Shown one piece after another: positions 38,265-50,367 of a stretch of DNA of 64,000 bases; the first letter of the stretch is position 1, and each line of letters begins with the position of its first letter. The DNA lies in the NCBI GenBank assembly GCA_030295235.1, contig AP026145.1, positions 186,001-250,000 of the forward strand, written 5' to 3'. The notes under the pieces were generated by a model. That model did no database searches, was not told the origin of the DNA, and saw only the letters and a list, made by a program, of their open reading frames with translations. The stretch comes from Fistulifera solaris. Lineage: Eukaryota. Made by a program: the position numbers and the translations under genes.

Positions 38265-39538
38265 TTACTTGCTGGGCTTACGACCCACCATGAGGTACAT
38301 GGCCGTAAACAAACCTTCTTTTCCGGCGTCACGCAAGGCAAAGCCACCGGCTTGCAAGACTTTTTGTGTCTTGATGGTGCCTTTGGGTGCCAACCAGAAG
38401 AATTCCAAACTGTAAATCATGATATTGGTGAGAATGGCACCCAACCAGTTGAACTGGAATCGTTGCGACAGCGGATTCCACGACGGCAAGAGGGGCGTGT
38501 ACCACACTTGCACATTGGGAGTGAGGGCCAGGTCTTTTTCGACGACCGGTTCAAAACCCGCCGCTTGCAGGGCCTCCCAACACACTTTCGTGGTGGTAAT
38601 ATCCGGTAAACCGTTGCCCAATTCAATATCCCGTTTCATGCGGACATGTTCCGCATTGTTGGGATCAAAGCGGTCAGTCAAACACCACTCATAACAAGCA
38701 AAAACGGCGCCCGGCTTGAGTTTGTCGTAAATTTGTTTGTAGCAAGCCACCCGATCGGGCGCATGACACGTCGCTTCAATCGCGTAGGCCCCATCAAAGG
38801 TTTCATTGTCAAACGGCAATTGCATAAAGTCTCCTTGGACCGAAGTCGCACGATGACTCAATCCCGCCTTGTGATTCAATTCATTGCCTCGCTGCACTTG
38901 GTAGGGATTGAGGGTAATGCCGGTGATTTGGGCCGCCACAAAGTGACACAAGTTGCGCATCGGGCCACCGACACCACAACCAACATCGAGAATGTGCGTG
39001 GACGGATCACTCAAACAACGCGACCCGAGATGCGCGGCGAGTTGATACTCGTGACGTTGAATCGAGTGTTGAAAGGATTCGGCCGGATATTGATAGGAAA
39101 AGTGAAAGGAACTGCCCCATCCCCATTCATAAAAGACGGTGGCCAAGTCGTAATAGGAATTGACCAACGAACTGTACTGTTCGTTGCGTTCGTCAGTGGA
39201 AGTGCTAGCCGAATGCAATTCGTTGTACTTGTCGACGCTTTTGTTGACAGATTCACCGGACGTGAGTCGTTTTTCCTGAAGGAATGAAAAAAGAATGAGT
39301 GAATGTTGATGAGGTAGATTACGCGACAATTTGAGTTTCATTATTCATTCGACAAACTCACATGAGCCGAAAGTTGACGCCAGAAGGTAAAACAACGTCC
39401 GATGGGATCGGCGGAAGTAAAGAGTTGTACCGCCATGACACTTCCGACCACCACACCTCCGGCCGCTAAAACGGGCGTCGAATCAACTTCGAGCAACAAG
39501 TTCATCAACGATGCTTTCGTTTCTTTGAAGCTCTTCAT
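38265..39538 (-). CDS. SMT1: Sterol 24-C-methyltransferase (intron 39276-39361)
   Basis: YYDLATVFYEWGWGSSFHF, LDVGCGVGGP, YAIEATCHAP, LKPGAVFACYEW, IELGNGLP. Confidence 0.93.
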
Positions 39539-40009
39539 GTTTTTAACGAATGAATGCAGCAACAATGTCAATAAAGTAGAAGAGCGTTAACTACAGTTCC
39601 TTCAAGTATTGCCAGGAGACTCTTCTTCTTTCACAATGAATGAATAGAATGACAATGCAACAAAACGCTTGCCTTGGAACTTGTGAAAAAAGCGTTCGTC
39701 ATTGCCGAGAGCGGACGACAAGGAAGAACCGCGGAGAACATAAAACATGGCGGGGCCGCGCACCTCCATTCGCGCGCAACCACGCGACGCCCTCATGGGT
39801 GACTGCGATGCAGTCGTGGAAAAAGTAGTCTTCTCTTTGGGTCTATAGTGAATTCGATAGCCCACGATGATCTTGCGATCGACATCACACATCACCAATA
39901 AAGCGTGCATTGCATAGTCCATGCCTCTGAAGATATTTTGTTTTTCCTTACTTGTAATTATGATGAATATAGCTTGCAAGAGCAAAGCATATTATTATCA
40001 TACAAAAAT

Positions 40010-40155
40010 GAATTCTGTTTCAATTCCAGAAATTCTGGAAAACATGCATTTTCTCTTACAGCATTTCTGATAGAGTTCCAGAAATTCTGAAATTTTTTCA
40101 TGCGTGTATTATATCATACAGACATTCTGGGTACGTTCCAGAACTTCTGGAGCCT
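40010..40155. repeat. Remnant copies of the CCAGAAATTCTGG minisatellite
   Basis: ttccagaaattctgga (40024), ttccagaaattctga (40076), ttccagaacttctgga (40136). Confidence 0.7.
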
Positions 40156-40777
40156 ACGGTTTGATCGATAATGTTACTCGTTTTGACATCATTCATTGTG
40201 GCATGTAATGTGAAGATTTGGTAGCAGTCTATCTTGAATACTTCATGACTGCTGTCCAATCCAGTCTTGGCTGGCGTAAACCAACACTCCGTTTCATAGT
40301 GGAAATTCAAGATGTATTGATCCTCCGATTTTCGACGTGAAAATAAAAGAAACTTTTAACAAGTAATTCAAAATCATCATTGTTGCGACTTATTAACCCG
40401 TAAATATAAGATTATTTGCAATTAAATGACAATGGACGGGTGCGAGAGACGCAAAACGGAACCCTTTGTTGTTCGGTTCATGACGACTCATGACTACCAG
40501 GTACTGTAAGGTTACACTCTCCATCTTTGCCGTAAACTTACACTCCGTTGCATAGTGAAATTTCAATTTCAAGGATATTACTTGGTAACTCGCCACAGTC
40601 GTGACTCTTCGTGACTTGATATTCCTTCCGATCGGCGGATGCGGCGGTGTCTTTTTGCAAAAACACACCCCTCTTTTCTCGTCCATGGAGTTCTTATAGA
40701 TGTTGAGAGTTATGCGAAATAACATCCAGAATCTATTATTGCGTCATATCATAACATAGAAATAGACTCCAGTTAGA

Positions 40778-41955
40778 ATGAATCGACGGGAATCATCTGC
40801 TTTTCCCGCCTGCGATTATGGTATCTTTTGTAAAACAACTTTTGTGTCCTCATGCCGGCGGTCTCTCCTTCATGGCTCACGTCTTTGGTTGCTCTGTTTA
40901 CTGCTAATCATGTGCTGTCCTACTACAACAGTAGCGACATCTTCAAGAACTGTAACATCAGTATCTGTATTGCAAGGAAAGCGCAACACAAAAGCTGCCG
41001 ACAGTCGGTGGCGTTCCTCCGCAGCCTCACGAACCACACTTTCTCGACCATTACTTAACAACGACAAAAGGACGTTCCGATTCTGGCGAAACCCTTCTCC
41101 AAAGCTTGGTGGTGGTATCATGTCCGCGTCGGCTGGTCCGGTGGCATTGCCGGAGCCGTCGGTACCACTTTGTTGTATCCGATCGATTCGGCCAAAACGT
41201 TGCGACAAGCGAATCCGGAACAATTTTCCAGTGTCTGGGCGGCCTTGTGGTCGTCCCGTCAATGGTATCGCGGCGTTGTTCCGGCGGCCATCGGGGCCAT
41301 TCCGGCGTCGGCCTTGTATTTTGGGGCCTACGAAGCCATGAAGTCGTTGCTGCTACAAGTTCAAGTGCAACGACAACCTGCCCACCAGCCACCGACGGTG
41401 GCGTCGCGACTCTTATTACACGCCAGTGCGGCCGCGTCCGGGAATATTTTGAGTAGTATGATCTTTGTACCGAAAGAGTTTATCAAACAACAACTGCAAT
41501 ACGGATCATCCACGAGCATACAGCACTGTGTGGCGCAGCATGGCTTGCGAGGCTTGTATCGGGGATATCAAGCGACCCTGTTGCGCAACATTCCTTCGGC
41601 GGCACTGCGGTTTGTTTTGTACGAAGAATTGAAGTATGCATTGTATACTTCGAGAGGCGAAGACGCCGTGGGTTCGTGGCGGTTGTTTGCGGCGGGAGCT
41701 GTATCCGGGGCACTCGCCAGTGGATTTCTCACTCCGATGGATGTTCTCAAAACGCGCATGTCGGTAGGACAATGTCCGGTGGATCTACCGGGTTGCTTCC
41801 ATCATGTGTTGGATACCGCCGGATGGACGGCTTTGTATGCGGGAGCTGGTTCGCGCATGTTGTTCTCGGGGCTGTTTTCGGCGGCGGGGTTTGGTACTTT
41901 TGAAACAGTGAAGCGGTGGATGAAAGTATCTTCACGAACAACGGTTCGTGAATAA
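40778..41955 (+). CDS. Mitochondrial-carrier family protein (S-adenosylmethionine carrier-like) with N-terminal extension; frameshift near 41060-41130
   Basis: YPIDSAKT, VPKEFIKQQLQ and TPMDVLKTRM signature motifs; PASALYFGAYE. Confidence 0.85.
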
Positions 41956-42166
41956 AAGAACGAGTCGACTTGGAAGATTTTCAATTGATAATCGAGGGCA
42001 GAACGCCGTGTAATGTTGAAGCAATTATTAAAATTTACACGGTGCAACAGAAAAGGCAAAGAACAATCTGTTGCCGCCATTATTCTAACAATCAAAGTCA
42101 ACATGCAAAATGACATTAGCATTACCCCTACTCCTGATGCTGAAACTTTCCCCAGAAACAGTTCTG

Positions 42167-45100
42167 CTACATTAAGCGTCTTCGTTTGACATCACTGTCC
42201 TCGTTCGCTCCTGCATTAGATTCCTCTATTCCATCCGACAGCACAAGTTGAACAAACTCACAAACTAGATCGACATGAAACGACAACAAAAGAGCGGAGC
42301 GACGAAAGTCTTCAGAAGCGCCTTTCAACAAGGCATTAGTCAACAGAAGTGTTCGCGTCGATTGTGACAAAACCCCAAGACCTTCCGAGCCCCGGTAGAA
42401 GCGATTGATAGCGTTAAGTTTATCTAGCTCGGAATCACCTGTGAAGACGACGTTCACCAGGTTGGAAACTGTTATTTTCCGATTGTGGGAGAGCAGAGCT
42501 TTCAGCAGTGAATAGTCTGTACCAAACGCTCCCTTTACAGCGTCTACCCTCAAACGACGAAGCTCCTGGTGGTCCTTCAAACCATCGAAAAGTGCAGCGA
42601 TGTGCGGGTCCCAGCCCCAATCTGGGCCTAGGGGCGCCCATAGATGAGAAGCATCAAGTTCCTTTAAATATTGATTAGCAAGTGCGGTTCGAATAAGCTC
42701 TTGTACAATACATTCCGGTACTTCGATTTGCGTCCCGTCACCATCATATTTTACGCCGAAGGCCAGCTCCTCCAAATGGCCTAAAGCAGCAACTCGCCGG
42801 AAAAATGCAAGCATTGGTTCTGTCGGAAACGATTGCTCGTTGTGTTCCAAAACAAGAACAATCTTTCTGGTCGCAATATGCACAGACTGGAAAGTGTCTT
42901 CCAATAGTGCCGACGAAGAGATAAAGTAGCGTAGCTTCTTTGTTTTTGCCGAAAAGGGAAGAGATGTAAGTTCACCCTCCAAGCAAGGTAACTCCAGATA
43001 CTCCAGTGAATCAACTTGAATGAGACGTTTGAGATTGTCGTCGTTCAGCTGCAAGCTTTGTATGAAAGTCAAGTCAAGCATCGTTGTTTTGCGGGTTTCG
43101 AGTGCATCTATGAAGGCAGTGCCCCCGTCTTCGAAGACACAACTTTTGAACAAAAGAGTATGCGATTGCGTTGCAAAGACAATTGACTGCTCGACACTAA
43201 GTATCAAATTCTCGACATTCGCAACCCTAGCGCATGGCGTGACTGTCTTCAACCTTCGCTGCAAGCATTGAAGCCCAACCGCGCGGAAATCAAAGTTGCG
43301 TTCGTCACTGCGGAGAACGAGATCGGAGCCCTCATCTTCCCCATGTTCCTTGCCTTTTGAGAAGTTTAAACTCATAAAATATGCGGCCGTTTGCGCGATT
43401 ACTTTTTCTGATTTGCCGATGATAATCATTTGCATCCAAGTTTTTCTGCTGCTTTGATGGCGCATATACAAGATCAGCGACAACTCCACTACTGGAATAG
43501 TGCGAGAATAACTAACCACAGGCACAAGGTACGTGAGAGTACCTGTACCATCGGCCTCGTCAGAACCTTCACAACCCTGCCAGATTGCCACCTCACGTCC
43601 GTATTCCTCGAGCTCTTGCAATGTAGGTTTGTGAAGTAGCTCATGCGTGGGAAAGTTACGCCCAAATTGCGGAGGAGGCACTTGCTCGGGCGTTCGAAGA
43701 GATGAAGGAATTTTCCGAAATAAGGGGCAGTGAGTTTCATCACTGCTTCCGTCCGACAGCGCAAACTGTACAGATTCACACAGCACATCGACATGAAATG
43801 ACAACAGAAGAGAGGAGAACTGGAATCCGCATTCCAGCAAGGTATCTACCACCAGAAGCGGTCGCAGCGGGGGTGACAGAGTTCTTAGACCTTCCGATCG
43901 CCGATAGAAGCGATTGACAGCATAAAGTTGACGAATATCTGGGTCGTCACCTCCATAAACCTCGTCAAATACTGAAGCCACTGTGATATTACGGTTGTTG
44001 GAAAGCAATTCTCGCAGGTGTGAATAGTTTGGGCCGAACGCTTCCTCTCTCTCTTCCTCATCAACTTCTACATTCAAAGTACAAAGTGTCTTATGGACTT
44101 TCATTCCATTGCAAAGTGCACCAACATGCGGCTCCCAACCCCGATCTGGGCCTTCGGTACGCCATAAATGAGCAATACAAAGCTCCTTCAGGCTTTCGTT
44201 GGCGAGTGCGGCTTGAATGAGCCCTTGCGCAACGCAATTCGGTACATCATCCGGGAACCAATCATCCCATATGAAGTCATAGTTGATGCCGAATGACAGC
44301 TTCTCAAAATGGCCTAAATCAGCAATTCGCCGAAAGAACGCAAGCATCGCTTCGGTGGGAAATGATTCTTCTCTGTGTACTACAACGAGAGTGAGCTTCT
44401 TGGTCGCAATTTCCACAGACTGGAAAGGGTCTTCCAAAAGCGCCGAGGAGGAAATATGGTAGTGAAGAAACTTTGCTTGCGCCGCAAAGGGAAGAAAAAG
44501 TGAGCTCGCTGCTCAAAGATGGTAATACCAACTTCTCCAGTAAATCGATTTGAAGAAGACGTATGAGATTGTCATCATTCAGCGGTACGCTTCCTTCGAA
44601 CTGCAAACTGGGCATTGTTGTTTCACGCGTCTCGAGTGCATCAAGGAAGGCCGTGCCCCCGTCTTCGAATGCACAATTCTCGAACGTCAAATACGGAGAA
44701 TCAGATCGTTTCGCAAAGACGACCGACTGCTCGGCACTCAACAGTATGTTGGTGAGATGCACAACACGAGGACTTATCGGTACTTCGATCGGGACTGCTT
44801 TGAACCATTGCTCGAAGCAGTGAGGTCCTGCTTCGCGGAAATCAAAGACGCGATTGCGACTAACGAGTGAAAAATTTGTGCCGTCATCTTTGAGTCCCCA
44901 TACCGTAAAATGATCTTTGTGTTTGAGGGGGTCCAATTCTATGAAATACGCGGCCGTGCGGGCTATGGCTTTGTCTGATTTTCCCATGATAAGCATTTCC
45001 ATCGTAGCCCTTTTGTGCATGTGTAAGGTCAGAGATCCCTCCACTCTGGGATAGAATAATTGTATCTAACCTCAGGCACGAGATAAGTGAGAGTACCGGT

Positions 45101-45307
45101 ACCATCGATCTCATTAGGATTTTCGTAGTCGTGCCAGATCATCACTTCACGTCCGTATTCTTCGAGCTCTTGCAAACTGGGTTTGCGAAGTAGCTTGTGC
45201 GTGGGCAAGTCCTTCCTAAACTGCGTAGGAAGCACTTGCTCGGGTCTTCGAAGAGAGGAAGGGATGATTTCGAGTAAGGTGCAGCGAGCGTTGTTTTCGT
45301 TCGACAT
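42167..45307 (-). CDS. Diatom-type degenerate LRR/RNI-like protein made of two tandem ~520-aa units; two apparent frameshifts
   Basis: Duplicated blocks IPSSLR.PEQV, PTH.LL.KP.LQELEEYGREV, FEDGGTAF.DALETR.T, SFPTE.MLAFFRR, LLS.NR.ITV, NRFYR.SEGL, LLLSFHVD. Confidence 0.75.
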
Positions 45308-45477
45308 GGTAGAGTTTTGAAGGAAATTGAAACAATGAATGAATGAACTGGGCGAGGCTTTGCACTTCTGCAAGTTTTTCTTTGTTGCAAGCAATGTGCG
45401 CAATCTTGGGAATTGTAGTATACCCTTTAAAGTAGAGGGCATAGTAAGTTCCGAGATGTATTTTAGTACAACTGTGC

Positions 45478-45730
45478 TTACTATAGTCTAAAGTGTAAAA
45501 CCATTTATCCAAGACTGAACCTCAGTCACGAATGAATATTCTTTCGAGCGACAACGCTGCCTACAATTCGATCATTCAGCCTATTTTTGAGCTTCACTGT
45601 CGTTATTGCGATGGAGTAGACCTTAGCAGTGTTTGCATTACACGTCATTGTAATTCACGTCGAAGAGCCGTGTTGAAATATTGTCTTCCGTATTTACTAT
45701 GGACCAAAGTGTTGTCCGTTTAGTCATGAT
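45478..45730 (-). repeat. GACTG-N5-CAGTC element family copy (reverse orientation)
   Basis: Reverse complement gives gactgaggttcagtc...ctatagt and aaacggacaacactttg, the latter identical to about 12400-12416. Confidence 0.65.
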
Positions 45731-46138
45731 TTCATTTTTTTCGAATGACAATGTTACCTACTATTCATTTGTTCGCTATATTTTCTTGTGCTCCATTGCT
45801 CGTTGTTGCAATAAAATAGGCATCACAAGTCATGATATTTTGCGTAAAAGAGCGTTGCGAGTTGCGAGTTGCGAATAATTGCGAAACGGTGTCTGTTGTC
45901 TTCCGTGATTAGTACTCCGTATTCCGTATTACTTTTTGTATTGCTACTTAAGTACAACGGGAAGATGATTATCCTAATTAGAAACCGTGATGCTGACAGC
46001 GATGCATCATCGCGATCGCGGGTCTTTGTATTTTTTTACTCCGTATTATTTTGGTCGCCCCATTATTTTCTTTGTGACTTTCTCGACAAATAATGTAAGA
46101 TGATTCATTCTTTGAAAAAATAAGTCAAATATCAAACA

Positions 46139-47481
46139 ATGAATATTCTCTTTCCTCTCCTATTACTAACTTCCGCGCTTCCTTCCGCCGAGTCGGCTTT
46201 CGCGATGAATTCATCGGAGATACAATCCCCGTCGCGAACGGACGAGATGATTCTACACAACGATATTCGAATGACCAGGCTTTCCAATAATCAAATGATG
46301 CCAATGATCGGATTCGGAGCTGGAAATGTGCCTCGCTCACACGTGGGAGCTCTCGTAGCGGATGCCATTCAACCAGACAAGAAAATATATCTCATCGACA
46401 CGGCCCGAGAAAGTAAGAATGAGGCCTTGATTGCCGAGGGCATCGTGGCTGGTGCTGAACGTTGTAATACAGAGGATGTCAAACCGGAAATACACGTCAT
46501 TACGAAGGTGTGGTATACTCATTTAGGGTACAACCGTACCAAGCTCGCCGTGGAGGATTCGTTAGAAGCTTTCCGAGACGCTCTGGAGAGTGACAAGGTT
46601 GATGTCAAACTACACATACAATTGCATTATCCAAGGTGCTATGAAAGTATCGAATGGATGGACTGCGACAACGAAGAAGCAGTTCTGGATGAAAAGGTGA
46701 AACAAGTCGGTCCAGATCCTCGTCTGGATCCGAGAAACTCATTGAAAGGAAGCTGGACGTATCTCGAAGACTTGTACCTTTCGGCAAACTTCCCCGTGGC
46801 AAGTATCGGTGTTTCCAACTTTGCGCTCGCTGATTTAGAAGAGGTTCAAGAGTATTCTCGCGTCCAGCCGCATACTCTCCAGATTAACATGTGGTCTGTT
46901 CTATACGATCCCCTACTCGTGGAGCATTGTCGTCGGCACAACATACATCTTCAGGTCTACAATGCGCTACAATCCACAATGAGCTCCCTTGAATATGTTG
47001 CAAAAGCGGTTCCGTCGTCAACCATGACACCGGGTCAAGCGGTGATTTCTTGGCTTGTGAAACAAGACATTTCTGTCTTCCGCGGACCTCGAAAATAACT
47101 CGCCTATCGGAAAACTCAGCGACCGATATTGCTTCCATGCCGTCGTTTAGCCCAAAGCAGATGGAAGACATCGAGTTTGCTCTTCGACGAGGTTTTGGCG
47201 AAGATGACATAATTGAAGAGCTACCGATCCCACCGTCTGCTGATGTCGTCTCGTGGTTCCTGGCAATTACTTCGCTCATTGTAATTGTTGTTACGATCCG
47301 TGCACCCTCCGTATCTTCTCCGCCTAAGCCGTTAAAAGCGACGCCAAAGACAGGACGTAGAAAGCGTTTGAAACCCAAGCATCGAAGTCGCGAGGTTTTC
47401 AAAGTGAGAGAGAAGGCGCCTGTTCACATTGGGCGATCACAATGGTTGGTATCCTACCTATTGAAACAAATGAGGCTTTAA
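46139..47481 (+). CDS. Aldo/keto reductase family protein with signal peptide and C-terminal TM; frameshift near 47085
   Basis: MPMIGFG, LIDTA, VITKVW, LHYP, SIGVSNF; PRTS continues in ORF 47050..47481. Confidence 0.8.
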
Positions 47482-47741
47482 AAGATCCATTCGGGGCAAG
47501 AAAAAATAGAATAGGTTCGAAAAGATGAGACCGCCGTACCTACGTAACCTCACTTTACATAATTTTGGTTTCAACATGAACGCATTAATGCTAAATGTCA
47601 ATAATAATACATTTTTAATCTCTGGTGCAGAGCATCTTCAGCTATCAAACTTGGAGCTCATTTTCAACTATCATGTCCAGTGCTATCCCATTAAAAGTTC
47701 GTTGCCCAATGTCGAAAATTTACCAATCCCATTTTCCGTCT

Positions 47742-49129
47742 TTAATATACAATCCTACAGTTATCGGTCCACGTTTGTTGAAGGTTCTTGAGCATCATTC
47801 TCAGAGCCGTCTTCCCCCTTGTCGCACCGCCAGTATTCTTGCTACCGTTGCTTTTGTCGACCAAAAATCCTACCAAAAGAAACCGCAGCCCCGCCGAGAT
47901 GCGTTGTCCACAGTGTCGTAACTTTCCAGGGAAAATAACAGCGTGCCCTCGCTGAACGTTAAGCGTTGCGTCGAGCGCTTCAAAATACGTTCCTCCGCCT
48001 TCGTAATCGATACCACATCCGTTCGAAAGCGCTATCAGGAATGTCCAATCTGACTTGTCTGTGTGCATGTCTAGTTTTTGCCTCTCCTTTCGCGTCACAT
48101 CATACTTGACCATGTGAGGTTCTCGGTCGTCTAAGGAAAGTGACCGTGCCGAGGCGCCTGCAGCATTTTCAAAAATAGCATTAACAACCGTGTGAACCGC
48201 ATTTTGGACGGCAGAAGCGAGAATAGGATATTCGCGACAACCCAGAGTTTGCTTTGCATATGTGTAGGCTGAGTACTGTCCGCTGCAGACCTGTTCTGTC
48301 ACTCGTACCAAGTGGTCGCATTCTTCGTGTGATAGCCCAACATCGGCGACATAAATACAATGTTCCTCTGAAACAGTGACCCAATCGACAGCTGTGAAGC
48401 ATACGTATCGCACAGGTGAAACGAGGAACTTTAGGGTGAGGGGCTGATTATATCGTAAAGACAGCTCTTGCGACACAAAATCGTACCTTTCCTCCTTGGA
48501 GGCGAAGCCAGTATAGACGCATGAAAATAACTATCGACGTGGCTAGGACCAATCACTCCGCTGCCTCGACCCGTTGCAACTGACACAGTTTTAGTTATAG
48601 CCGTTTGGGTTCTAGCGGTATTTATTGACGACGGGGGTGAAGCATTTGTCGAAGAAGAGTCTTTGGATGATTGTGCATTTCGTGATGTCCGACCTGTAGA
48701 CGGCTTATACGGTGATTGCTCCTGAAGTGGCTGGATGGTGTGCAGTACTTGTCCTGTCAATTGTAACGGGGCATCTCGAGGCCAGCGTACTGCATAGATG
48801 TGGCGTCCGGAAACCCCCTCTTCCGCCGATCGTATCGCGTGACGGCGTACGACAAGTCGTGTATTGTAAAACACGGTTTCCTCCGATACCTTTTCCGAAT
48901 AATCCACCTCTACGGGAGTAATGCTCTGAACGCCTTGAAAAGGAGATTGCTCATTGCTTGAAACAGGTTCAGGATACCGTGTAAATTCTGACTCGACAGT
49001 ATTCGTTTGACTCCGTTTCCTCACCGTCACTACAGTATCCGTCCGTCCATATTTCTGCTGGTACTTATAAAGCAAATGATCTTGTCCAGCGTTGGAAGGA
49101 TTCGATGATTCGAGTAATTTGAGTGACAT
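47742..49129 (-). CDS. 2OG-Fe(II) dioxygenase (prolyl/lysyl hydroxylase-like); intron 48392-48486
   Basis: MVKY, MHTDKSDWT (HxD), YEGGGTYF, LRHCG.RI..G.RFLLVGF. Start uncertain. Confidence 0.8.
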
Positions 49130-50367
49130 TTGCTGAAGATGGAAAAGAGGAGGGTCCGTTTTGAAAATCCCATGAGACGAAATTCGCGGGTGCGAATACG
49201 AATGATAATTTGGAGATCCGGATGCCGTAAGTGTCAAGTTGCTTTTTCTTTTTGTGTGACCTCCGCTGACGAGGATCACTTTCAAGGGCGCCAGCTGGCG
49301 CATAATCGACGTGTTCGGTCGATTTGGAGCAAGAATGACCCATTTTGTGTTTGTAATGTTCAGTTGTTTATTACCGACTTTCGAGTGACTCAATAATCTA
49401 TTTTCAGCAGCGGACGCGACCTTGACACCGTATATAGATTGCGAAAGGTTGAATTCAGCTAGCGCAAAAAGATAAACAATGATGGCGTTTGAGGAGTAGC
49501 CAGCGGCTTTTCTGCGTCAAAACTTTTGTCGAAAATAACGAGGAAAGCTCTGTTCAGATCTCCAGCAAGGATTCCCCAGTTAGAGCAAGGTGATGCAGCG
49601 CAAAGCTCGTTTATGAAAAGAGAAGCGCTAATGTCAAACGCTGTCACGAAAACACGAAAATAATCCTTCCAGAATGAATCAGTATTTGACTCGACACAAG
49701 CAGAATAAAAGACAACGAGACCGTTTTCGTTTTGCTGCTTCCGAGTGAGCGTTTGCGAATCCCAAAAGCAGAAAAATAGTAATGCTTTCGCTTTCTATCA
49801 CATAAACGCAGATCGAAGTTGAAGTTGTTGCAGCGAACTGTTGTTGCTATCAATGAAGTTCGTAATTCGTAACAAATCGTTTCTCATGGAAAGAAGCGAG
49901 CCGAAAGAGCTTCATCACAGTGCGGGGTCGTGTCGCGTGCCGCGAGGGGCAGTTCTCTACATCATACCAGGTATTTCCCCTAAAAACTCTGACTGTTATG
50001 CGCCAAATAGCACTATGGACTACAGTGTTGATTTAGGGTGATGCCCGCTTTTCCTGCTTAGATGTGTGTCGCAGTGCGTGATTGCGTTCGGCGACCAGAC
50101 ACAGTGTGACCCATTCTCGAAAACATAAACGTAATATACTCTTTCATTCAGTGTACAGGTAACGCAGCGACAAGAGAGAATTCTCGCTGCATCGAAACGG
50201 ATCTCTCGCGTTCTCGTCGTTCATTGACTCAATGCAAGTAAACGAATGAATCAACAAGAGACAATAGACGTTAACGTCGGTAAGAGAGAGAACTCGTGTA
50301 TATTTCGTTAAGCGATTGACATATTTTAGGCCTTAGCGAGAGAAAGCTAGGAGTGCAGTTCATCATT

